From a virus (taxonomy: Duplodnaviria; Caudoviricetes), in IMG/VR virus record IMGVR_UViG_3300031851_000001: a stretch of 64,000 nucleotides of DNA. One strand, given 5' to 3'. A program made the position numbers and the translations under genes. Of this stretch, positions 1-9,351 are shown one piece after another. The notes under the pieces were generated by a model. It saw only the letters and a program-made list of their open reading frames with translations. It had not been told where the DNA came from and searched no databases. How positions within the stretch are numbered: position 1 is the stretch's first letter; every line of letters starts with the position of its first letter.

Positions 1-883
1 TCGAAACTCCACCGCCTGCACCATAGTCTACACTAAACTCTGTTATCATAGAACTTTTATATTTAATAAAGTGATCGCTATTAACACCGAGTAAATATAC
101 ATCAACAACGGAAGGATATTGTAAAAATGCTTTTGGTATCCCAGATAAGTTTGTTACTTCAGGTAATGATTTTCTCTTAATCATATTAACGATATTTTTA
201 ATTCTTTCAGAGTCAGCTGCACTGTTTGGAAACAAATCCCAAGAAAATTGGTGAGTTCTTAGATTAACGCCTTCGAATGAAAGAGTTTCACGAGGGTTAA
301 TTGTTTGGCCAGTTACTAAATCAATAGCTCTGCCAACACCGTTACCTGATAGGAGAGGACTGTTTCTTAATAAATATTGCGATGCAGATGCAACATCTTT
401 AACGTCTGTTCCAAGTACTTCTTTTGCCATACCTCTGGCAGCTTTCATTAAATCTCCGCCACCAATCCCACTAAGCCCAGCACCCATTGATTGTAACATT
501 TGCGGAATTTGCTCAGCGGTCATTGAACCTTTACCATCAATAAAGTCATTAACTTTACTAGCAATACTTTCAACAAACGGATCTCTCTCGTTGCCATTTA
601 TTCTTAGGCCTGTATTATCCAATAATGCTTTTGGGAATGGCAATTCAATAGTATCGACCCCTCTTAATCGAGCTCCTGATGCACGGTTATTGAACGCTTG
701 TTGGAACGGAGTTCTTCTTAAACCATTGTTATTTCCAACTTTAATATCCTCATACGTAAAGTCTTTAAAACTTAATAAACAACTATGTGCGTGCGGTTGT
801 TCGGGAAAACATTGATAACCTTGCGAAAATCTCTGTTCTTTTCTATTTCGGTATGTCTCAACGCGTCTCAGCAAATTTACCAT
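1..883 (-). CDS. gp48: Baseplate tail-tube cap protein, gp48-like (runs off window edge)
   Basis: Hand-translated from ATG at 883 (MVNLLRRVETYRNRKEQRFSQGYQCFPEQPHAH...). Divergent from gp4 and preceded by a late promoter, as in T4-like gene order. Confidence 0.6.
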   Translation of the reverse strand, partial: MVNLLRRVETYRNRKEQRFSQGYQCFPEQPHAHSCLLSFKDFTYEDIKVGNNNGLRRTPFQQAFNNRASGARLRGVDTIELPFPKALLDNTGLRINGNERDPFVESIASKVNDFIDGKGSMTAEQIPQMLQSMGAGLSGIGGGDLMKAARGMAKEVLGTDVKDVASASQYLLRNSPLLSGNGVGRAIDLVTGQTINPRETLSFEGVNLRTHQFSWDLFPNSAADSERIKNIVNMIKRKSLPEVTNLSGIPKAFLQYPSVVDVYLLGVNSDHFIKYKSSMITEFSVDYGAGGGVS

Positions 884-904
884 AGATTTTTCCTGTCGTT
901 TGAT

Positions 905-931
905 TATAAATAGTTTATTGTTCTATTTATA
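905..931. promoter_or_regulatory. Crossing pair of T4-type late promoters
   Basis: TATAAATA on + at 905-912 and on - at 924-931, between divergent gp48 and gp4. Confidence 0.75.
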
Positions 932-938
932 CTAAATT

Positions 939-1406
939 ATGAGGCACGAATTGGCATATAGCGGAAGGTTTCGACCAAAGAACCCAACTAAATACAAGGG
1001 TGACCCTACAAAGATTATTTATCGTTCCATGTGGGAATTTAAGTTTTTTCGTTATGTAGATGAACATCCTGATGTTGTATGGTGGCAAAGTGAAGAGGTA
1101 GTAATACCATATATGTCTCCTATTGACGGAAGAAGGCACAGGTATTTTCCTGATGTTATTGTTCATAGGAAAATAGCGAGTGGCGAACAGAAAACTTTGA
1201 TGATTGAAATTAAACCGGCTGCACAGACAAAGCCACCTGATAGAAGTAAAATGAAAACGAGTAAAGGTCGGGTATCCCGCAGATATCTAAACGAGGTAAA
1301 GACATATGGCGTCAACGAAGCGAAATGGAAAGCAGCTAGAAAATTCTGCGCTGACCGTGGTTGGGCATTTGAAATTTACACAGAACACGAACTGGGATTA
1401 AAGTAA
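939..1406 (+). CDS. gp4: Head completion nuclease gp4
   Basis: YSGRFRPKNPTKYKGD, YRSMWE, YFPD and IEIKP motifs typical of gp4 (TnsA-like). Confidence 0.92.
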   Translation: MRHELAYSGRFRPKNPTKYKGDPTKIIYRSMWEFKFFRYVDEHPDVVWWQSEEVVIPYMSPIDGRRHRYFPDVIVHRKIASGEQKTLMIEIKPAAQTKPPDRSKMKTSKGRVSRRYLNEVKTYGVNEAKWKAARKFCADRGWAFEIYTEHELGLK

Positions 1407-2011
1407 TGGTAGCAAAAGTATTCGATGATATTTTATTAAAAGGTGTTCGCAGCGGTCAGATACCAGCTCGGACAGACGCTGCCAGAGAATGGTATCGCCA
1501 GCAAGCCAAAGATACTACAAAGGCGAAGTCTCGTCCAGAAAAAATGATTAAAGAAATGGGTAAAGAACGCGCAAAAAGCAGATTTGAATTAGGCAATATG
1601 TATATGTTTAATTATTTAGCTAAGCATGCAGATACTTTACCATATTATGATAGATTTCCGCTCATATTTCCAATAAATAGAGCTAAAGGTGGCTTCATGG
1701 GAATTAATATGCATTACTTACCTCCTGTCTTAAGAGCTAAGTTAATGGATGCGCTTTATGATACTGCTAACAATAAATACTATGACGAAACAACTAAATT
1801 AAAATTAAGCTATCAGACTTTGGCAAGTGCGACTAAATTTAAAGAATTTAAACCATGTATAAAACATTACTTAACTGGTCAGCTAAGATCGCGATTAATA
1901 TATATCTCACCTTCAGAATGGGATGTAGCGTTATTTTTACCAACGGCACGCTTTGTAGGTGCCACACAAGCACAGGTCTTTAAAGACTCAAGAAAGATAA
2001 TCAGAGGATAA
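1406..2011 (+). CDS. gp2: DNA end protector protein gp2
   Basis: LPYYDRFPLIFP, GINMHYLPP, CIKHYL and EWDVALFLPTARF motifs. Confidence 0.92.
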   Translation: MVAKVFDDILLKGVRSGQIPARTDAAREWYRQQAKDTTKAKSRPEKMIKEMGKERAKSRFELGNMYMFNYLAKHADTLPYYDRFPLIFPINRAKGGFMGINMHYLPPVLRAKLMDALYDTANNKYYDETTKLKLSYQTLASATKFKEFKPCIKHYLTGQLRSRLIYISPSEWDVALFLPTARFVGATQAQVFKDSRKIIRG

Positions 2012-2012
2012 C

Positions 2013-2786
2013 ATGGCGTTTAGTATAAAAGATTTTAAATCGCAAATGGATCGCTTCGGCGGACCACAACGGCAGTCGTTATTTGAAGTTACTATTAATA
2101 ACTTTCCAGTTAATGTTTCTGCCATGGACACAAGGGATTTAACATTCTTTTGTAAAAACGTAGCAATCCCTGGGTTAAGTATGGCATTAACTTCATACGA
2201 AGCTGTTGGACAACAACGTAGAATGTATCCAACAATGATGAACCCAGAACCAGTACAAGCTATCTTTATGTTAGACTCAGACCATCAAGTATTAACATTT
2301 TTCCATTCATGGATGCAGCGAATAGTAAATTATTCTACTTCAGGTGGAAACTTTTCTGAGGTTGGTGGTGCGTTACCATTTGAAATTGGATATAAAAACG
2401 AATACGGATGCCGCTTAACAATTAAAGCATATTCAAATGATTTTTTAGAAACAGGCAAGTATTACGAAACAATATTAGATGGTGCATTCCCTGGGTTACT
2501 AGGAGATGTTGATTTGGCGTGGGAATCAAATGATAGTTACGGTACTTTACCAATAAGTTTCCAATATGATAGAATTGAATTTTCAGGCGAGCGCCAAGGA
2601 ATAACAACAGGAAGATTTAATAGAGGCAACGGCTTACTTGGTCTTATCGAGTCAGTTGGTGACTTTGGTCAGTTAATTGGACAAAACATTGTGCCAAGAT
2701 CAATACAAGATAGTGTAGACAAATTTACACGAATTACAAATAACTTTGACAATATATCAAACCGCGTTGGCGGTATTTTTAGATAA
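2013..2786 (+). CDS. gp54: Baseplate tail-tube initiator (gp54/gp19-like)
   Basis: Tail-tube fold signature (FEVTI, FFCKNVAIPG, FHSWMQRI, AFPGLLGDVDLAW) and position. Confidence 0.7.
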   Translation: MAFSIKDFKSQMDRFGGPQRQSLFEVTINNFPVNVSAMDTRDLTFFCKNVAIPGLSMALTSYEAVGQQRRMYPTMMNPEPVQAIFMLDSDHQVLTFFHSWMQRIVNYSTSGGNFSEVGGALPFEIGYKNEYGCRLTIKAYSNDFLETGKYYETILDGAFPGLLGDVDLAWESNDSYGTLPISFQYDRIEFSGERQGITTGRFNRGNGLLGLIESVGDFGQLIGQNIVPRSIQDSVDKFTRITNNFDNISNRVGGIFR

Positions 2787-2801
2787 TAGGAGAATTAGAT
2801 T

Positions 2802-3503
2802 ATGGGACTACCAAAAATTGATTTACCAATTTATGAGCTTGAATTGCCATCAACCGGTGAGACTATTAAGTACAGACCATTTACTGTAAAAGAAGAAAAG
2901 ATTTTATTAGTTGCACAAGAAGCCGATGATCCAATGCAAGAATTGTTGGCAGCTAAACAAGTTGTTAATAACTGTGTCGTTGACATAGATATTTCTAAGC
3001 TTGCGATGTTTGATTTAGAATTTATTATTTTGAATTTAAGATCTAAATCAGTCAACAACGAAACTAAATTTGGTTTAAAAGATCCTGACACGTTAGAAAC
3101 GGTTGAGCTTGTTATGGATTTAAACACAGTAAGTTTAGAAACATCAGAAGAACATTCAAATAAGGTTAAGATTAACGAAGAATTTAGTTTATTTTTAAAG
3201 TACCCTACTATTGATGAATACATTAAGATTAGGGACAGAGATCCAGAGGATCCTTTATTGAATTACTTTATTTTAACATCGTGTTTAGATAAAGTGGCAT
3301 CTGAAGATGAAGTTCATGAATTTAGAAACTACAGTACAAAAGAAATTGACGATTTCATGGAAAATATTTCTTCTGATATTGTTAAAGGAATACAAAGCTT
3401 TTTTGAAACAATGCCGAAGCTAAGGCATACTTTAAATTATACAAACAAAGACGGCGTAGACAAAACATTTGCAGTGGAGGGTATGAACTCTTTTTTTATC
3501 TAA
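2802..3503 (+). CDS. gp26: Baseplate hub subunit gp26
   Basis: LPKIDLPIYELELPSTGETIKYRPFTVKEEKILL, FFETMPKL, EGMNSFF. Confidence 0.9.
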   Translation: MGLPKIDLPIYELELPSTGETIKYRPFTVKEEKILLVAQEADDPMQELLAAKQVVNNCVVDIDISKLAMFDLEFIILNLRSKSVNNETKFGLKDPDTLETVELVMDLNTVSLETSEEHSNKVKINEEFSLFLKYPTIDEYIKIRDRDPEDPLLNYFILTSCLDKVASEDEVHEFRNYSTKEIDDFMENISSDIVKGIQSFFETMPKLRHTLNYTNKDGVDKTFAVEGMNSFFI

Positions 3504-3670
3504 TGCTGAGTCATACGACTTTAGCGGATTATTATCAAACGATATTCACTTTGGCTCAGCACCATAAATATTCCATAGATGAAATTGAAGGTATGGTACC
3601 ATATGAAAGAGATTTATATTTTGGCATGTTAGTTGATTATGTACAGAAACAAAACGAAAATAGGCAGTAA
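3503..3670 (+). CDS. gp51: Baseplate hub assembly protein gp51-like (55 aa, not in ORF track)
   Basis: MLSHTTLADYYQTIFTLAQHHKYSIDEIEGMVPYERDLYFGML. Its ATG overlaps the gp26 stop. Confidence 0.85.
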   Translation: MLSHTTLADYYQTIFTLAQHHKYSIDEIEGMVPYERDLYFGMLVDYVQKQNENRQ

Positions 3671-3676
3671 TTAAAA

Positions 3677-5728
3677 ATGGCAATTTCAGAAGATACCAAA
3701 GCAATCATTTCGCAGCTAGAAATGCAAGGCGAACTTATACGAAATACCGGTGCTAACTCTTTAAGAGAAGTCAATGTTAAACTTGATAAGTTTAGCGACG
3801 CATTTGTATCTATTGCAGCAAACATTTCAAGCAATAACCAAATGCTACAAAATTCTCAAAAGATGATGAGGGAACAAGCTGAATATGATCGCCAACAACG
3901 AGACTTCGATGATTTAAAAAGAGATAAAGAAGTTAAGGTAAAAGAAAAAAGCGATTTAGGAGTTAAAGAAGGCCTTAAAGATATTAAAGATAGTTTATCT
4001 GGTTTTAGTATGACAGGTTTACTTGGTGGTATCGGTAAAGCTATTGGTATTGGTTTAGGTGCGGCTGTTGCAGGTAATATATTAAAAGGATTTGTCGACG
4101 AAAAATATGACGGAGCCTTTACTAATTTTCAAAACAATCTTGCCAACTTAGACTTTGGATTAATTAACCAGTCTATAAAAGATATGCAATTAGCAACAGA
4201 AAAATTAGTTACACAAATGGAACAAATAAACGAAACAGTAAAAAAAATTACTGATAGCCTTTTATTTAAACTTGCAACAACTGTTGGCATTCTTACCACT
4301 ATTCAACAAACCTTTAAGCGCATTATTGGTCCGTACTTTGCAGATGTTTTTGATGCAAGGAGAGTAAAAAGAAGACAACAAATGGATATGTTTAGAAATG
4401 CTGATAAATTATCCATGGAAAACCTAGAAGAATTTAACAAAACTCGTAACAGACCTCCACTAGGCACAGATTTTATGCCAGAAAATTTAACTTCACCAGA
4501 ACTTGATGGAACCAGCAGCGGTGGAAAAGGTCTTATTGGTGGAAGTAATGCTATCGACACAAACAACCCAAACCGTATAATACCACCCAATGGGCCTAAT
4601 GCATTTAATGCACCAAACGATATTTATGAACCTGTTAGAGACCGTGGTGGTCGAGCGTTTGGTTCTTTTGGAGCTTCAGGTCAAGGTAATTTTATAACTA
4701 GAGGAAAAGGAAATCAAGCGTTAGTTGATTCTAGTATGGGACCAAATGGCGAACGCGGAGTTGGACGTTCGCCGGGTGCACAAGCTGGATTTAAAAAACC
4801 TAAAGGCGCATTTATGTCTCAAGCTGAATTAGATCTCGCGTTTAAAGAATTAGGACAATTAAAACTGTTTAAAGAAGTTGTAAAAGGGTTAGTATTTGTT
4901 GGTATTGCTTGGACCATATATGATTCAATAAATTTATATTATGCATGGAAAGCAACACCTGAAGGCCCTGCAGGAGACGAAGCCAGAAAAATGATACTTA
5001 TAAACGAGTTTGGCTCGTTGGTTACTGGCGCTGGTGGCGCTGCGGTTGGTGCTTTTATTGGAACTTTTGGTGGACCTTGGGGAATATTACTTTTTTCAGT
5101 TATTGGTGGAGTCGCGGGATCACTTGCAGGTCCAACTATAGTAGGAATGATTTATGACTGGGCTAATGAAAAACCATTAACCGAACAACAAGCAGAGCAA
5201 GCTATAGCAGCAATTGATGGAAAGATTGAAACACTTACAGCAAATATGAATAACGCTATGACATCTGGCAGCCCATTCGCTGGTGCAGCTGCTATGGGTG
5301 CTCAGGAAGGAATAAGAGCGTTAGTTGACGAAAGAAATGTTCTTTCAGCACGAGTAGCAAGTATTAGAAGAGCGAGAGGCCCAGCAGTTCGCGAAGGAAT
5401 GAATTACTTACAATCAGGAATGGAAGCAGCCGCATACGGTTCTGGTGGTAGACGTATGTTTGAAATATCACGCAGTGGAACTCCTCAACAAAAAGCAGTA
5501 TTACTTGATGCATTACTTGAAGTAGAATCTAGATACCAAAAAGGTATGACTGATATAGAAGCATTCCTTTCTCAAGGTGCTGCACCAACTATTATTAATG
5601 CTCCAACTAATGTTAATCCAGTTATTACCAATACACACGGTGGTAATAGTAAATCTGAAGTTAATGTTGTAGGCGGTGGTTTTGCTGGCGATACGTTTGT
5701 AAATGGTTTACCATACTTAGCTCAATAA
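3677..5728 (+). CDS. Tape-measure / gp29-like baseplate hub protein
   Basis: 683 aa, coiled-coil N-terminus, Gly/Ala-rich hydrophobic segments, position after gp26-gp51. Confidence 0.55.
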   Translation: MAISEDTKAIISQLEMQGELIRNTGANSLREVNVKLDKFSDAFVSIAANISSNNQMLQNSQKMMREQAEYDRQQRDFDDLKRDKEVKVKEKSDLGVKEGLKDIKDSLSGFSMTGLLGGIGKAIGIGLGAAVAGNILKGFVDEKYDGAFTNFQNNLANLDFGLINQSIKDMQLATEKLVTQMEQINETVKKITDSLLFKLATTVGILTTIQQTFKRIIGPYFADVFDARRVKRRQQMDMFRNADKLSMENLEEFNKTRNRPPLGTDFMPENLTSPELDGTSSGGKGLIGGSNAIDTNNPNRIIPPNGPNAFNAPNDIYEPVRDRGGRAFGSFGASGQGNFITRGKGNQALVDSSMGPNGERGVGRSPGAQAGFKKPKGAFMSQAELDLAFKELGQLKLFKEVVKGLVFVGIAWTIYDSINLYYAWKATPEGPAGDEARKMILINEFGSLVTGAGGAAVGAFIGTFGGPWGILLFSVIGGVAGSLAGPTIVGMIYDWANEKPLTEQQAEQAIAAIDGKIETLTANMNNAMTSGSPFAGAAAMGAQEGIRALVDERNVLSARVASIRRARGPAVREGMNYLQSGMEAAAYGSGGRRMFEISRSGTPQQKAVLLDALLEVESRYQKGMTDIEAFLSQGAAPTIINAPTNVNPVITNTHGGNSKSEVNVVGGGFAGDTFVNGLPYLAQ

Positions 5729-5752
5729 AAAAGGGAGCGTTTGCTCCCTTTC
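5726..5752. terminator. Bidirectional intrinsic terminator
   Basis: AAGGGAGC-gttt-GCTCCCTT stem flanked by A/T runs between convergent genes. Confidence 0.85.
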
Positions 5753-5753
5753 T

Positions 5754-5978
5754 CTAACCTCCGCCAATCCACGTTTTACTCGGATGATACCAATTCTTTT
5801 GGTTATGAATACGTCCAAGTAATTCATGCATTTCTCGCATTTCAGTACGAAGTTGGTCTGATGTTTCTCCTAAAGCAATTGCCATAGCCCTACGACCAAT
5901 TTTTGCTTGAAGGGCATGCTCAATAATTTCAATATCTCGTACGCCAAGTTTAAAGTTTTTGTTAGGTTTAACAGCCAT
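5754..5978 (-). CDS. Hypothetical protein
   Basis: 74-aa ORF abutting the upstream ORF. Confidence 0.7.
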   Translation of the reverse strand: MAVKPNKNFKLGVRDIEIIEHALQAKIGRRAMAIALGETSDQLRTEMREMHELLGRIHNQKNWYHPSKTWIGGG

Positions 5979-6146
5979 TTAAAATACTAATCCAAAACTG
6001 TAATCATATACAAAACGCAGGCTTGTGCCAACATAATATCCAAATGAGTTGGCAACGTCCATAACGTATCCTTCTTTATTTCCTAATGGCATAAAGATTG
6101 CTAACAAAAAACATGCTGATAAATATAATTTAATAAGGTTCCACAT
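5979..6146 (-). CDS. Small membrane protein (55 aa, not in track)
   Basis: MWNLIKLYLSACFLLAIFMPLGNKEGYVMDVANSFGYYVGTSLRFVYDYSFGLVF, tightly packed with neighbours. Confidence 0.6.
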   Translation of the reverse strand: MWNLIKLYLSACFLLAIFMPLGNKEGYVMDVANSFGYYVGTSLRFVYDYSFGLVF

Positions 6147-6148
6147 GT

Positions 6149-6289
6149 TTATAGTCCTAGAATTCCAAACAGGTTAAACCAACCCATCGATGTTCCAATA
6201 ATAATTGGTGTACCAACCATCATAAGAGCTATGATTAAAAATGCTGCTATAGCACCTTTAGTATCTCCAGCTTCGTTTGGGTTACTCAT
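6149..6289 (-). CDS. Small membrane protein (46 aa, not in track)
   Basis: MSNPNEAGDTKGAIAAFLIIALMMVGTPIIIGTSMGWFNLFGILGL. ATGA overlap with the upstream gene. Confidence 0.65.
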   Translation of the reverse strand: MSNPNEAGDTKGAIAAFLIIALMMVGTPIIIGTSMGWFNLFGILGL

Positions 6290-6498
6290 ACGTTCCACTC
6301 CAATTCATCTTCAATAGCGGCTTGTACCGCTTGGTAGTAATCTCTATTTTCATCATCCATTTGCGCAAAGTATAATCCTGCGCATGATAGTAAATAATGA
6401 ACATTGCTGTTTTCTTCAAGGTGTGCACGTGGATTACTTTCCATTAATTCTTGGAGCTGATCCATGTATCCTTTAACAGCAGCTTGTTGTTTATTCAT
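6286..6498 (-). CDS. Hypothetical protein (start likely 6498, MNKQQAA)
   Basis: Track ORF 6286..6594 overlaps the upstream gene. The internal ATG at 6498 gives normal packing. Confidence 0.6.
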   Translation of the reverse strand: MNKQQAAVKGYMDQLQELMESNPRAHLEENSNVHYLLSCAGLYFAQMDDENRDYYQAVQAAIEDELEWNV

Positions 6499-6787
6499 GT
6501 TCTCCGCCTTGTGCTCGACCGTTATATTGGCCAAATAGTTGTGGTGTACGCTTAGCAGCTTCAAATGTTGCGACAGTAATAAATACCGCGCCAAGTAGAA
6601 TTACGTGAAGTACCATACTAAAGATACCTGCCCACATACTGCCGACGATGATACCAAATACAATACACCACATCCATGCTAATACTTGCATTATCATATG
6701 ACGTACAGCCAAGTTTGTTATATTACTTAGTGGGTTATAATCGGAATCCATTACTACATTCCAACTGCTTACTACAAAATCTCTCAT
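6491..6787 (-). CDS. Membrane protein of unknown function
   Basis: Two hydrophobic helices, SD upstream. Confidence 0.7.
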   Translation of the reverse strand: MRDFVVSSWNVVMDSDYNPLSNITNLAVRHMIMQVLAWMWCIVFGIIVGSMWAGIFSMVLHVILLGAVFITVATFEAAKRTPQLFGQYNGRAQGGEHE

Positions 6788-6821
6788 ATTATTTTCCTAT
6801 TATGCGTTGTGTTATGTTTCT

Positions 6822-6850
6822 ATTATATACTATATTTATATGTATGTCAA
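6822..6850 (-). promoter_or_regulatory. sigma70-type promoter
   Basis: TTGACA-17nt-TATAAT on minus strand. Confidence 0.8.
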
Positions 6851-6852
6851 TA

Positions 6853-6878
6853 GAAAAATGGAGGGGCTTTCACCCTCC
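6853..6878 (-). terminator. Intrinsic terminator after hsp20
   Basis: GGAGGG-tgaaagc-CCCTCC followed by ATTTTTCT on minus strand. Confidence 0.75.
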
Positions 6879-6886
6879 TGCTTTTA

Positions 6887-7336
6887 CTAACCTTTAAGGA
6901 ATTCTTTTTCACCGCGGTTGATTTTAATCTTTTGCGGTTTCTTTTCCTCTGGGATAACATTTTCTAAATGCACTGTTAAAATACCTGCATTTAATTCAGC
7001 TCCATGGATTTCAATAGTATCCATTAATGTAAATTCTCTTTTGAAGCTTCGTGCTGAAATACCTTTATGAAGATAGTTTTTATCATCATCAGTATCTTTA
7101 TTACCAGCAATGGTTAGTACACCCAACTTACGTGAAATATCCAAATCATCATAATCAAAACCAGCAATCGCTAACTGAAGTTCGTAGCGATCATCGTCTA
7201 GTTTGACAACATTATAAGGTGGATATTTTGGGGATGTAGTTGGTAGTGTTGTTGATGTCATTCTATCTAACATTCGGTCAAAGCCGATAAAGAATGGATC
7301 ATTAAGCATATTCGCATTAAATGTGCGTGTGTTCAT
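6887..7336 (-). CDS. hsp20: Small heat-shock protein Hsp20/IbpA
   Basis: FFIGFDRML, YPPYNV, LAIAGF, YLHKGISARSF, GILTVHL: alpha-crystallin domain. Confidence 0.95.
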   Translation of the reverse strand: MNTRTFNANMLNDPFFIGFDRMLDRMTSTTLPTTSPKYPPYNVVKLDDDRYELQLAIAGFDYDDLDISRKLGVLTIAGNKDTDDDKNYLHKGISARSFKREFTLMDTIEIHGAELNAGILTVHLENVIPEEKKPQKIKINRGEKEFLKG

Positions 7337-7395
7337 TTTAGTTCTCCTTATTAAGCGAGTTTAATGTAAGGAACCCGTTATGGCATTCCTAATAC
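7334..7395 (-). promoter_or_regulatory. ROSE-like RNA thermometer in hsp20 5' UTR
   Basis: CUCGCUU-AAU-AAGGAG hairpin pairs UCGCU with the SD leaving a bulged G. An upstream AGGAA...UUCCU hairpin is also present. Confidence 0.6.
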
Positions 7396-7439
7396 TATAT
7401 ATAATACTTTTTATTTAAATGTCAATAGTTTTTTTAAAA

Positions 7440-7757
7440 TTAATCAACATATGGCTCAAATTCAGTACCACTTGCTACAAGGCAAGCAATATTTCCTGGG
7501 TAAAGAGCCAATAAAGACCACGTTCCCGTGTCTTGGTTTGTCGTGAATACCATTTTAGCAGGAACTATTTGGTCACTGATATGGCGTTGGATAACGTCGC
7601 CTTTAAAAAGCATCTCTTCGTCTTTTTGTCTGATAACATTAGCAACGATTGGAAATTCAGAGCAAGGTTGAGATGCCATAAAAGGCGCGTTAAAAGGCTG
7701 TTCTTGAGCTGCTATTGGACTTGCAAGCAGAGTTAGTGGTATTAGATATTTAAACAT
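7440..7757 (-). CDS. Secreted hypothetical protein
   Basis: Signal peptide MFKYLIPLTLLASPIAA, two Cys. Confidence 0.7.
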   Translation of the reverse strand: MFKYLIPLTLLASPIAAQEQPFNAPFMASQPCSEFPIVANVIRQKDEEMLFKGDVIQRHISDQIVPAKMVFTTNQDTGTWSLLALYPGNIACLVASGTEFEPYVD

Positions 7758-7765
7758 ATCATTTC

Positions 7766-8281
7766 CTATTCTCCAGTGCTTCCAAACCCTCCGTCTCTAT
7801 CAGTTTTTTGCTCTGGCGCTGTTTTGGTTTCTGTTAACTTAATTTTATTTACTTTTTCAACAATACATTGTGCTAGACGTTCACCGCTGGTAATTGATAC
7901 TAAACTATCTGTTTCGTTTAATAACATAATGTATGTTGGATCTATATAATCTGAGTCAATAATTCCAGTGCCATTTGCCAAGCTTAAACCTTTTTTCAAG
8001 GCAACACTTGATCTAATAAACATTTTCATTACATGTTTTTCTGGTATATCAAAAATTAAACCAGTTGGAATAAGTACACGAGTGTCAGGCGGTAATTGAA
8101 AACAATGCTCTTCTTTCCCTACTCCTTTTACTGCAATTTGTACTGCCTTATTCCAGTTATTATATGCCTGTAAACGATCGCCTCGTTTAAAACAAGCTTT
8201 TAAGTCAAATGCAGCTGATCCCTCTGTAGCGTATTCAGGTAATTCAGCATTTTCGTTCATTCTATAAATTTTCATTATCAC
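7766..8281 (-). CDS. dut: Trimeric dUTPase
   Basis: GSAAFDL, RSS, GIIDSDY, RLAQ and RDGGFGSTG motifs. Confidence 0.95.
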   Translation of the reverse strand: MIMKIYRMNENAELPEYATEGSAAFDLKACFKRGDRLQAYNNWNKAVQIAVKGVGKEEHCFQLPPDTRVLIPTGLIFDIPEKHVMKMFIRSSVALKKGLSLANGTGIIDSDYIDPTYIMLLNETDSLVSITSGERLAQCIVEKVNKIKLTETKTAPEQKTDRDGGFGSTGE

Positions 8282-8688
8282 TTCTTTCCAATGTTATATT
8301 TTGCTTCTAATGTCCAGTTTGATTTTTCTTTATGCGATATAATTTTAATTTGGTTTAATTGAGCAACAGGTTCTTTACTATTGTCAGGGTTGACTATAGC
8401 AACTAATTCCCATTCTTCTAATAAGTTAACAATAGTATTTCTACGAGCTTCGTCTTCTTCTGCAAACGTATCTTTTTTACCATCAAGAATAAACAATTCT
8501 TTAAAATGCAATATAGAATATCTACCTTGCTTGTGTAAAATATGACATGTTTGATAAAGCTTTTTCTCTTTACGAGACGAAATACCAATTCGTGTTAGAG
8601 TTTCTTTTACTTTAAGGAAACTATCAGGGGAAGGAAGAGTAACCTCGATTCCTACGCCTTTAAAAATATCTTCTGAGTTCATAACCAC
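8278..8688 (-). CDS. regA: Translational repressor RegA
   Basis: FLKVKETLTRIGI, LYQTCHILHKQGRYSILHFKELF. Confidence 0.95.
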   Translation of the reverse strand: MVMNSEDIFKGVGIEVTLPSPDSFLKVKETLTRIGISSRKEKKLYQTCHILHKQGRYSILHFKELFILDGKKDTFAEEDEARRNTIVNLLEEWELVAIVNPDNSKEPVAQLNQIKIISHKEKSNWTLEAKYNIGKK

Positions 8689-8765
8689 AGCACCTTTTTT
8701 TATTATTAATTATATGGTGTGGTCTCACACTGTGACCAACGAATATATTTATTGTTTTGAATATT

Positions 8766-9170
8766 TTACCTAGTAACACCGCCAGTCGTTAACCTCGCTC
8801 GAATGCTTTTCATATCCTCAGCAGAAAGTGCTTTAAGGTATAGTTTTGCTATTGTTCTGTTGCATTGATATACTTCTTGTATAGTATCGAGATCATCGCT
8901 CTTGGCTGCCTTTGGCCATTTGCTAAATCGTTTACGTTTTCTAAACGCACCACGATAATAATCAAATTGAGCTTTATGTGGTAAATGGGCACGCATATTC
9001 ATTTCGTTAGCATGTAGTATTGTATCCTCAAAGTTTACGAACCCGCGGTTAATAATATATGGCACATATAGATTTTCTGCCATTTCTGGATTTTCATGGT
9101 TACCAATTAGATCTTCCTTAGAGAAAGATGCGGCATTCATAAAATCAAAAGGTGTTATTTCTTTCGGCAA
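8766..9170 (-). CDS. gp62: Clamp loader small subunit gp62
   Basis: PFDFMNA, YVPYIINRG, ANEMN, RKRKRFSKW. Confidence 0.9.
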   Translation of the reverse strand: MPKEITPFDFMNAASFSKEDLIGNHENPEMAENLYVPYIINRGFVNFEDTILHANEMNMRAHLPHKAQFDYYRGAFRKRKRFSKWPKAAKSDDLDTIQEVYQCNRTIAKLYLKALSAEDMKSIRARLTTGGVTR

Positions 9171-9351
9171 TTGTTTCCTCCAAATCTTTTAACATATCAT
9201 CAAACTCTTCAGCACAGGTTTTACACATTTTAAAATTTAATGGTCCATCCGCAGTGTCGACGTCAACGCTGTATATTTCTTTCTTATTCATCAACGTCTG
9301 ACAGTGCCAACACTTATGCATTCCTACAAGTCTGTTAATCCACTCACTCAT
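9145..9351 (-). CDS. Zinc-ribbon hypothetical protein
   Basis: CxxC...CxxC. Confidence 0.7.
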   Translation of the reverse strand: MSEWINRLVGMHKCWHCQTLMNKKEIYSVDVDTADGPLNFKMCKTCAEEFDDMLKDLEETIAERNNTF

